A stretch of 31,134 bases of DNA from an uncultured virus (IMG/VR IMGVR_UViG_3300006921_000001) (taxonomy: Duplodnaviria > Heunggongvirae > Uroviricota > Caudoviricetes): the IMG/VR virus record IMGVR_UViG_3300006921_000001; one strand, written 5' to 3'. The position numbers were made by a program, and so were the translations under genes. Positions 8,189 to 16,109 of this stretch are shown in pieces; positions within the stretch are counted from its first letter, which is position 1, and each line of letters opens with the position of its first letter. The notes below the pieces were generated by a model that was not told the DNA's origin, did not search any database, and saw nothing but the letters and a program-made list of their open reading frames with translations.

Positions 8189-8824
8189 TCATTCATCCGC
8201 TCCAGTTTGCACTGAATCAGTAGATTCTTCCGCTGTGACCGTAAAGGTCATGTCGGAATTACCGTCCCAGATATTAGCACGGTATTTGCTCATTAGGTTC
8301 TGCTTCTCAGCATTAACCTTTAGAGCGACGAACTCTTCACGGGTTTCAATAACGCCGTAAGGGTTCTCAGAATCTCGTCCCGAAAGACGAAGAACCGATA
8401 GATGGTTCACATTCTGAATATCTGCTGATATGTCGAAGACATTTCCCCAGAACTCTTCAGCAACTGCAATGTGAGAATCAAGGTTTGCCTGAATCTCAGG
8501 GGATAATGTAGTTCCCCGTCCACGCTGGAAAGGCCATGAAAGAGAAATACCGTATCTCTCCTGCATTTGCCTACCAGTTAGGTGGATGCGCTGCTTTAGT
8601 TCACTGGATGGTGTTTCATCAGCCATTTGCTCCAACAACATACTTATCTGTTGTAGGTCGAAAGAAGCATAGTTCTTTTGCTTCTTCGTGCTGATGGCGT
8701 TTACCAGTGGGGTGGCCGCCTCATGCCATTCGTTCACCTTTGCGGAATAAACCGCAAAGTCATCTTCGCTCATTACTTTCGTGTTTTCACTCATTTTTGT
8801 CACACTCTTTGTTGTTTCTGCCAT
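8189..8824 (-). CDS. hypothetical protein embedded in the hairpin array
   Basis: 211-aa ORF; TTATATAT box upstream. Confidence 0.85.
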   Translation of the reverse strand: MAETTKSVTKMSENTKVMSEDDFAVYSAKVNEWHEAATPLVNAISTKKQKNYASFDLQQISMLLEQMADETPSSELKQRIHLTGRQMQERYGISLSWPFQRGRGTTLSPEIQANLDSHIAVAEEFWGNVFDISADIQNVNHLSVLRLSGRDSENPYGVIETREEFVALKVNAEKQNLMSKYRANIWDGNSDMTFTVTAEESTDSVQTGADE

Positions 8825-8841
8825 TCCTGACAGATATCTAT

Positions 8842-8895
8842 CGTATTTGAATCCTATATATAAGGTAGCCTAACAAAGTGGCTACCATATGGTAC
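8842..8895 (-). promoter_or_regulatory. promoter repeat copy (TTATATAT 8863-8856) abutting hairpin and ACCATATGGT
   Basis: Aligns over about 54 nt with 9441-9495. Confidence 0.65.
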
Positions 8896-8949
8896 GAGTT
8901 TAACGCTTTGAATTAAACGACTTTTGAAGAATGATAAAAGCGTACCTTG

Positions 8950-8972
8950 AAAAAAAAATAAAAAAAAAGAAA
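8950..8972 (-). terminator. oligo-T tract (archaeal-type terminator)
   Basis: Near-pure A-run on the plus strand; a similar tract lies at 7215-7234 after the 7276..7945 genes. Confidence 0.55.
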
Positions 8973-9440
8973 GGGAAGTCAGGAGCGTAAACAAAACAGT
9001 CGGTTAGCACGTTTTCGACATGAGTTATCGGCCGATTCTCATGCGATACTAAGGTGGAAACCCGTTCTGCAATACTCCATCATTCCCACGGGAAAAGAAA
9101 GGGTGCGGGTAGGACTACCTCGGGATAAGGGACACCTACAAAAGATTCACCGGATTACCCGTATACATTTGGTTTCGTATAGCGAAGGTTGGTTGACGGC
9201 TACTCTATCTTAACTCACCACAATAGGCTCTTACTCCTACTGTTGCTACTAACTACCCGCTAAGGTAATCCCGCTATTAAATCGGTCACGCTACGCCTTT
9301 TGATTATTATGACGTTATTGCACGATGGCAACACAAACGCATTTGGACACTATATCCAGTTGAGCAGGTGATTATCTTACCAATGCTTCACATCGGTTGT
9401 TCGATACACCACGGTCGGGTTTGCGGCCCGACATATCAGA
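8973..9440 (-). ncRNA. candidate structured non-coding RNA with a pseudoknot
   Basis: Lies between the promoter copy and the T-tract; no ORF of 60 aa or more; multiple stems and two crossing 8-bp helices. Confidence 0.55.
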
Positions 9441-9495
9441 CGTATTTGTATAGGGTATTTAAGGTAACTTTAACAAAGTAGTTACCATATGGTAC
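9441..9495 (-). promoter_or_regulatory. promoter repeat copy (TTAAATA on the minus strand) abutting hairpin and ACCATATGGT
   Basis: Paralog of 8842-8895. Confidence 0.6.
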
Positions 9496-10796
9496 TGGGG
9501 CAACTGGTAATTCTATGGTTGCGGTTTCTGCAGAAACCATTTTGCAAATTCCGGGAAACCACTCGGAATAATATAATTACCGTTGTCCCGTGTCCCCACC
9601 GTGGGGTTCACTTAAACTATCAGTTAAGTACCATATGGTTGGCGGTTTACGTGCGACGGAAACTTCTAGTTTACTTAAGTAATACTACTAGGATGAGGTG
9701 TTTTAATTGTTATTAAAGCCGAAGACGACGTTAATTGCTTAGGGTCGTTGCCGATAAACCAAATGACAAAACCTTACTTGTTTACGCGGCTGGGGGCTCA
9801 ACGTTCACCATAGATTCGTGATTTCACGACGAATCTTATGTTTCTCTTATTCACACCATATGGTACGAATCTATATAATTTTTTGATAATATCAAAAAAG
9901 GAGTAATAGTTGTCTTCGAGAAAATGAGACAAATATGTACGACTGATACTTTTTGTGAAAAATTACATAGATGAGTCCCTAGCGGCTTTCCGCGCCAGAG
10001 CGGGAGTACAGACCTCTAAACCCCTTTAGTAAAACACCTATAAATAAAAACATTTATTATCATAAATCTTTTACTAGGATTTATGTTAATGTAACGGTAA
10101 ACCATTACATTTACTAAACCCACAGTGCCTTAGAATTCTGTACCATATGGTGTGAACCTCATGAGGTTCTTATATCCCGCGAAACCCCTGCCCCTAACCC
10201 AAATAAATTACTTTTATTTCACTCAGCGTAGCCTCTCCCATGTAAAAACATTTAACATATACGTGTCTACGCCCTGCGAAAGAAAACTAACGCTGTCGCT
10301 ATTTCTTTGCACGTCCCATGTTATGATTCATACAACCATATGGTCCACATTTATGTTGGGACCCCGACGAGGCACAAAGGCTTATTGTTTTTAAATTTCA
10401 TTAGAGATGAAAAAGCATAACGCTGACGCTCAACAAGCGTACCATATGGTCCCATCCCCGAGGTATTCCCGTTGGCTTAACTTTCCTTGAATAAAGGAAT
10501 TTTTACCCGTTATTAAATACAATTAATAGTGCAAAAACCCTACCGTTTCATTTATCCTGCAGAAACTCAAGTACCATATGGGTGGCCTTGATTATAATTG
10601 AATTTATAATAAGGTGCCGCGTTAGGCAAACCCGCACCGCTGCGGTACTACAATGATTTAATTAAACACATTAGTACCATATGGTTCCGCTTTGCGTGAA
10701 CTTATTTTGTTATTTAAATAAAAAAACCAAATAACCCATTCAGATACCCAATCTTTATAGGGAACCCCAAAGTTTGCCTATTACAGAGGGAAAAAT

Positions 10797-11153
10797 ATGT
10801 ATACCTTCAATTTTAACTTAGGTGGCGGGCAAAATACACCCGATACACATGATTTTGAGCCAATAGTCAAGGCACTAAAAGACATTACAGAGGATTGGCA
10901 ATCATTCTATAACCTATACAAAAGATTCGCGCCACCACCAGAAGAAAACCAAGCCCAAATACAAGCATGGTTTAAAGAAATCAAACTTTCCCTCGACGCA
11001 ATCATAGAATTGTATAATAAAATACCTAATTCGCCAGATATGGACAATATACATGGCCCGGAAGAAGCAGAAAATATGCTAAATCAATTCGTTGAATTGA
11101 ATAAGTTATTTCAACCAGACAAACCAGATACAGATACAACAGGATATAATTAA
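10797..11153 (+). CDS. hypothetical acidic helical protein
   Basis: ORF track; TTTATA at 10754 and GAGG upstream. Confidence 0.7.
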   Translation: MYTFNFNLGGGQNTPDTHDFEPIVKALKDITEDWQSFYNLYKRFAPPPEENQAQIQAWFKEIKLSLDAIIELYNKIPNSPDMDNIHGPEEAENMLNQFVELNKLFQPDKPDTDTTGYN

Positions 11154-11325
11154 ATACGCTATTTAAATAATGTTATTTAGATAAACCTTGGAAATAGAAT
11201 AAAAAAAATAATTAAATTTTCGCTAGTCGCAAAAAAATTACCGCCCAATTTTTGAAAAATGAAAAATGATATGGAAGTGTTGTAAGCATAGTAACTTTTA
11301 TTAATAATATAACAGATGATAAACT

Positions 11326-13461
11326 ATGTGGCGTGATATTCTCAAGGATGAAGGTAGGTCATTAGCCTCATATATAGATACTCCGGGTACTCGACTTAAT
11401 CCAAGTATTTTTAATATTGATGATGTTGCTTACAGTGCAGGTGCGCGAGAATTATTCGGTGAAAGAAATGAGAAGTCACTCATAATAACTGAAGAAAAAG
11501 GAAATGAAATTGTTATAGCAATATACAAAGGAGAAATTCTTAGTGAAGTTGTTGATGATTGTAAAAATTTTCTAAAGGAATTTTTAGAAACAGAAATATT
11601 TAATAATCTAGAACAAGTCCAAAAAGGGCCTATTGATAAAATATTAGATGATACTGTTAGACCTATAGTTGCTAGATTTGTTGGTAGAATGCTTGGTGTG
11701 TTTTTTGAAGATAGCACTCCAATAAGAGAGGGAGGGATTTTAGCGTCAGGAAAACTTAGAGTCAATAATGAAGTTACTGTAAATACAATTGTGTATGGTG
11801 ATTATCTACAAGGTTTAAAGGACGCAGTACATGACAATGCGGGAACGACAGTCACTTATCCGGGTTATATTGGCAATCCGAGTGCGGTTGATATAAAGAA
11901 TAACCTAGGTGAGTTAGTCCATGATTCAGGGGCTCGAAGAACTGATTCATATAGATTTAGGGATAAATATGGCTCAAGCAATAGAGCATATCTTCGTCAC
12001 TCTGATTGGCACTCCACTTTAAGTTTAACTAGTGACGAAGATTACGGCGGAGATGCCGGCTCAGGCGAGCCTCTGAAAATACCTAGGTCACAAAGGGTTA
12101 CTAATGCAAACAATCAAACATATGTTAGAATTCAAAAAGATAATTTAAATAATATGAGTAATGAGAATCTATCTAATATGATTATAAAACACATGGACGC
12201 TACTCTTGGCAATCTAGGCCGCGACCATCGACCGAGTAAAGCAATGGATGTAACACGTAAGTTTGTACAACAAATATTATCTGAAAAAAATATAGCAGAG
12301 CATTTAGGGGGCAACCCCGTATTAGCAAGAGAACTTTTTACTTATGGTGGGCAAATGCGAGATGTTCCGGGTAAGAATCCAGAAGATATTATGGAACGTC
12401 TTCCAGAATACACCAAGAGAAATTTACAAATCGAGCGAGAAAGTCCGGGTGTAGAAAACTATAAGGTATTACTTGGAGACCAAGAACTTTTAAGGACGTA
12501 TTTTTCTCTTAGATTTGGAATTGACAGGAGTAAGCCCATAAAAATAAAAGGGATTAGACGTAGTAAACCAATTGCACAAGTTACACATGCAGGTCTCCGT
12601 CGCAAAGGACCCTTTACTAATACTTCTCTTATATATGGTGCTAGAAACCCAGAAGGCAAAGAATATTTAGATGTAGCAAGATTTGGCTATACTCATACAA
12701 AAATTCATCAGCCAGTCGAGGCACTAAAGGAGATACTAGGGATGTTAACCAATACTAAAGAAAAATCACCAAGGTATGATATGCCAGTAGATTTAGTTGC
12801 ACACTCTAGTTTAGAAAGCACAATAGCACAAAGTAAAGAAGAGGATGGGGTATCATGGGAATATAGTAATATAAATGAAAGACATTTTGTAAAGATAGAA
12901 CATTCAATACCCTACCCTTCAGATAGTTATCTCATAGAGTATTTTGACCAGATTTTCGGAGGAACAAATGTTGACAGAGTGTATGATATGATACAAGACG
13001 CAATGGAAAATGATACAATGGCAGTATTAAAGTTTAAATTTTATGTTGATGCCACGGGTGGAAGAAGAGTAAAATATGACAGGGGTAGTTCGGAAATAGA
13101 GTATGAGGGTTTTCCCGATGATACACAAACCAATTATGCTGGCCAAGCACATTATTGTATATATGATAGGATTGATAGGACAATAGAAGAAGACAGGGCA
13201 GGTCAGGTTTGCATAATTAGTTATGCGGATAATTTAGGAGATTCTGTTGTGCAATTTTTAATGGGGCAAAAAAACATATTTCCCGTATTAAAAGGTAATT
13301 ATAGAGATGGTTCCGTAAGTATTTCTAAGGACTACATCACAAGGGAAGACATAGAGCATATAGCGATGGTCCCAGACGATTTAAAAAGACCCTTAAAACA
13401 ATTAGTTGATTTAATCATATGGCGTGGGAAAAGAAGCAGGTTAAAAGTAATCGAAGAGTAA
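11326..13461 (+). CDS. large hypothetical protein with N-terminal MWRDILK motif
   Basis: 711-aa ORF; TTTTATTA 30 nt before ATG. Confidence 0.85.
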   Translation: MWRDILKDEGRSLASYIDTPGTRLNPSIFNIDDVAYSAGARELFGERNEKSLIITEEKGNEIVIAIYKGEILSEVVDDCKNFLKEFLETEIFNNLEQVQKGPIDKILDDTVRPIVARFVGRMLGVFFEDSTPIREGGILASGKLRVNNEVTVNTIVYGDYLQGLKDAVHDNAGTTVTYPGYIGNPSAVDIKNNLGELVHDSGARRTDSYRFRDKYGSSNRAYLRHSDWHSTLSLTSDEDYGGDAGSGEPLKIPRSQRVTNANNQTYVRIQKDNLNNMSNENLSNMIIKHMDATLGNLGRDHRPSKAMDVTRKFVQQILSEKNIAEHLGGNPVLARELFTYGGQMRDVPGKNPEDIMERLPEYTKRNLQIERESPGVENYKVLLGDQELLRTYFSLRFGIDRSKPIKIKGIRRSKPIAQVTHAGLRRKGPFTNTSLIYGARNPEGKEYLDVARFGYTHTKIHQPVEALKEILGMLTNTKEKSPRYDMPVDLVAHSSLESTIAQSKEEDGVSWEYSNINERHFVKIEHSIPYPSDSYLIEYFDQIFGGTNVDRVYDMIQDAMENDTMAVLKFKFYVDATGGRRVKYDRGSSEIEYEGFPDDTQTNYAGQAHYCIYDRIDRTIEEDRAGQVCIISYADNLGDSVVQFLMGQKNIFPVLKGNYRDGSVSISKDYITREDIEHIAMVPDDLKRPLKQLVDLIIWRGKRSRLKVIEE

Positions 13462-13471
13462 GGTGAAAAAG

Positions 13472-14365
13472 ATGGAATGGGAAAATAAATTAATCAAAAC
13501 ACCATATAGAGAAATTACTCAAGAGCGGGTTGGTGAAATCACTAGAGAGTATATTAATGTTGAAGGTGAAACCTATGACAAAATATATTCCGGGGCAAAA
13601 AAAGGTGATACTCCTAGTACTTATTGGACTCATGACCCAACTATGGCTTTATGGTATGCAATAAAGGGTGACACAATAGCACCAACCAATAGGTCTGGTA
13701 CTCCAATTATTTTTGAAGCAGATGTAACTGAAGAAATAATAGATGTTTACAAAGACCCAGAAACAGATGGTGGTTTAATTGATTTAGAGGACACTGTAAA
13801 AAATTACCGAGTAATTGAAGGTCCAGAGTTGGCGCAATTTATGGAAGATAATTATGTTGATGGATATTATATGGGGCTTCATCCAGAAGAATACGATAGA
13901 ACAATAGATGTATTGCGAACTGGTGACGAGAGGGCTATGGAGCATTTCTTTGGTCCTAGAATTACAGATGTTAGACAAAGCATGAGAACTAAAGATTATA
14001 AAAAGCGAGCAGCCGACCAATATTGGAGGGCTTTCGTCCGCAACGGTAAGTTAAAAACTAAGGATGAAGTAGAAAAATCTTGGGTGGAAACAATTAACAA
14101 AAAGGATAAAAAAGATATGCGAGTAGGTAGTGTATACCCTAGTGATAGAGAGGGTAAGAAAATTATGATGCTTACTCATGAAGGTAAGAAAATTCATGCT
14201 GGCGCTAAAGGTTATGGTAATTGGAAAGGAAAAGGTAAAAACAGAGGCGGTGGCACACATAAAAACCCAAAACGTCGAAAGAGTTTTAGAGCAAGACATA
14301 AATGTGACCAATGTAAAGGAAGAATTACAACTTCTAAATGTTTAGCCTGTAAAAAGTTGTGGTGA
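13472..14365 (+). CDS. two-module protein: N-terminal possible ADP-ribosyltransferase-like domain plus basic KNPKRRKSFRARHKC module
   Basis: ATG 13472 after AGGTGA gives MEWENKLIK; internal SWVETINK between the modules; domain calls rest on motif resemblance only. Confidence 0.6.
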   Translation: MEWENKLIKTPYREITQERVGEITREYINVEGETYDKIYSGAKKGDTPSTYWTHDPTMALWYAIKGDTIAPTNRSGTPIIFEADVTEEIIDVYKDPETDGGLIDLEDTVKNYRVIEGPELAQFMEDNYVDGYYMGLHPEEYDRTIDVLRTGDERAMEHFFGPRITDVRQSMRTKDYKKRAADQYWRAFVRNGKLKTKDEVEKSWVETINKKDKKDMRVGSVYPSDREGKKIMMLTHEGKKIHAGAKGYGNWKGKGKNRGGGTHKNPKRRKSFRARHKCDQCKGRITTSKCLACKKLW

Positions 14366-14369
14366 TAAT

Positions 14370-14840
14370 TTGTGGGAAGATATTATTAAAGCGGAATTTC
14401 AGGTTAAGACAAATTTTCCTGATGCAGATATTTGGCTTCAAACTAGAGGTGAGGATAAAAACGTTGGCAAACCACTGAAGCAATTTTCTTCCGTTCAAGG
14501 CAAATACAATTACGGTATTAAACTTCCCGAAGGCTGGAATAAAGATTATGTATTCAAGCAGTTGGCCGATTTATATAGAAACGGTCATTGGAAGATTCAT
14601 TCTTATGGTACTTTAAATTTACAACATATTCGCAAGGACGATATTTTGCAGGTCTTAGATAAGTTGGAAAACAAAGAAGATTATACGGATGAAACTTCTG
14701 AAAAGTTTCAAGAAATATATGAAAACTGGCTTACATATTCAAAAGCAGTTGCTGAAATGTTAGAAGGTCATAGTTCAGAACTTGTACGCGAAGGTAGAGA
14801 AATAAAACGGTTTATAGAAAAACTAGAGGGTATGAGATAA
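14370..14840 (+). CDS. hypothetical protein (MWEDIIK), weak resemblance to type I R-M specificity half-domains
   Basis: TTG start after GGTGA; DADIWL-x-x-RG...VGK and GT...HI-x-x-x-DI pattern. Confidence 0.6.
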   Translation: MWEDIIKAEFQVKTNFPDADIWLQTRGEDKNVGKPLKQFSSVQGKYNYGIKLPEGWNKDYVFKQLADLYRNGHWKIHSYGTLNLQHIRKDDILQVLDKLENKEDYTDETSEKFQEIYENWLTYSKAVAEMLEGHSSELVREGREIKRFIEKLEGMR

Positions 14841-14855
14841 TTTATATAGAACATA
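14841..14855 (+). promoter_or_regulatory. TTTATATA-NW-ACATA promoter motif
   Basis: 30 nt before ATG 14871; recurs at 19521, 20345 and 24412. Confidence 0.7.
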
Positions 14856-14870
14856 AACGAGTGAATAAAT

Positions 14871-15071
14871 ATGAATTGGTTCGATGTTATTAAATCGGAT
14901 AAAATAATTGAAGATAAAATTATTGCAGAGTTCAAAAAAGAAGGAGGTGCTTTAGGTATGAAAAACCTTAAAGCAATTGCACCACCTAAAGAACTCAATA
15001 GAGTCCTAGATGCTATGAAGCGCAGAAAACTAATTTATGTGCATGAGCATGGCGATTTAATTATGAGGTGA
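14871..15071 (+). CDS. small winged-helix-like protein (MNWFDVIK)
   Basis: Helix-turn-helix plus beta-hairpin pattern. Confidence 0.7.
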   Translation: MNWFDVIKSDKIIEDKIIAEFKKEGGALGMKNLKAIAPPKELNRVLDAMKRRKLIYVHEHGDLIMR

Positions 15072-15075
15072 ATAA

Positions 15076-15657
15076 ATGTGGTGGGGTGTAATTAAATCAA
15101 AATGGATGGGCCAAATGTCCGACAGTAAAAAGGAGTTACTTGAACACGAACCTAAAATTAAAATTGATATTCCTAAGATGTCTTACCCTGATGACCGTAA
15201 AGAAGTTAAAGAAGTAATAAAGGTAATGAAAGAAAAACCAGTGCCCGAAGATATTATGTCTAAACACGACAAAGATTCCGACCAAGTATTATTTGATATT
15301 GTAGATGCAAAAAGTTCTGATTATGAAGATTTTATAAAAGACGTTAACTCGTACGTAATGCGAGAGAAAGTAAAATATGCAAGAAAAAGACCAAATGAAG
15401 TTTCTGATATTGTAGAAAGTAAAACAGAAACAGATGATACTCCGGCTTTTCCTTCGGGTCACGCAACTTTAGTTTATGCTTTAGAAAAAATGTTAGCCGA
15501 CAAATACCCTAATAAAGCAGAACAATTAAATAATACCACTGAGATGTTAGCATTAGCAAGAGTTCAACTTGGTTCACACTATCCTTCGGATATTAAAGCA
15601 GGTAAACAATTGGGATATTTAATAGCAAAAAAATACTTGGGGGATAAAAACAAATGA
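15076..15657 (+). CDS. PAP2-family phosphatase (MWWGVIK leader)
   Basis: K-x6-RP (KVKYARKRP), FPSGH and R-x5-H-x3-D (RVQLGSHYPSD) motifs. Confidence 0.85.
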   Translation: MWWGVIKSKWMGQMSDSKKELLEHEPKIKIDIPKMSYPDDRKEVKEVIKVMKEKPVPEDIMSKHDKDSDQVLFDIVDAKSSDYEDFIKDVNSYVMREKVKYARKRPNEVSDIVESKTETDDTPAFPSGHATLVYALEKMLADKYPNKAEQLNNTTEMLALARVQLGSHYPSDIKAGKQLGYLIAKKYLGDKNK

Positions 15658-16109
15658 AATGGGAACATATATTAAAAAATGTTGAACAAGACGGTAGAGA
15701 ATTCATAAGTAATTACTTTGCAGAATTAATTAGTAGCATAGGTGGGGCAATAAACTCACTGCAGACCAACTTAGCAACCCTACTAGAAGCGAAGGCAAAG
15801 ATGATAAAAGACCGCGATGCACAAGAATCCCTAACAAGAAGGGTGTTAGATTCAATGTATGAAAAAAGTATTCAAGAAATAGACGAAGTTATTGAGCAAA
15901 CACAGAAACAACTAACTACGTTCCGGGGCATGGTTGTAGATATAAGAGGTAACGAGAGAATGATTGAAGGGCTACCAATAGGAGTGGCGTTAAAATCTCT
16001 TGAAGATTATTTTGAAGGAAAAGATACAACTGGCTTCCCTCCTTTAGATAGGCAAAAATTAGCCGAACTATTACATAGAATAGGTTTTGAAGGGAAGGGT
16101 ATGGAATGA
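15654..16109 (+). CDS. coiled-coil hypothetical protein (MKWEHILK)
   Basis: ATGA coupling; heptad-like helices. Confidence 0.75.
   Translation: MKWEHILKNVEQDGREFISNYFAELISSIGGAINSLQTNLATLLEAKAKMIKDRDAQESLTRRVLDSMYEKSIQEIDEVIEQTQKQLTTFRGMVVDIRGNERMIEGLPIGVALKSLEDYFEGKDTTGFPPLDRQKLAELLHRIGFEGKGME

Larger units (their letters stand above)
5785..10686. repeat. 16 dispersed ACCATATGG(T) motifs, most joining two stem-loops (hairpin-ATAT-hairpin)
   Basis: CCATATGG starts at 5786, 5914, 6010, 6218, 6907, 7008, 7146, 8885, 9485, 9631, 9856, 10143, 10336, 10442, 10574 and 10677; flanking arms are complementary (see findings). Confidence 0.95.

Noticed and set aside
9372..9434. 20-codon ORF (MSGRKPDRGVSNNRCEALVR) after the 9441-9495 promoter
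   Set aside because: Too short to support and it overlaps a strong hairpin; the unit is better explained as RNA, though a leader peptide is not excluded.
8973..9440. RNase P, SRP RNA, tmRNA or group I intron identity for the ncRNA candidate
   Set aside because: I could not find their conserved sequence signatures by eye; this needs an Rfam scan.
5653..10394. Short track ORFs in the array region (5653, 5897, 6289, 6653, 7082, 7823, 7891, 9489, 10152)
   Set aside because: No ribosome-binding sites, atypical composition, and they overlap structured elements or lie antisense to better genes.
5785..10686. CRISPR array interpretation of the ACCATATGGT repeats
   Set aside because: The repeat is only about 10 nt, spacing varies from 96 to 1739 nt, the intervening sequences are self-complementary or contain genes, and no cas gene is visible.
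5785..10686. Restriction-site (CATATG) or assembly-artifact explanation
   Set aside because: The flanks are unique, form paired arms with compensatory changes and include intact genes and promoters, which ligation or misassembly would not produce.
11160..11270. A/T-run inverted repeats (AAAAATT-ACCGCCC-AATTTTT) as a genome terminus or pac site
   Set aside because: Low-complexity pairing is expected by chance in AT-rich DNA; it cannot be supported without read-terminus data.
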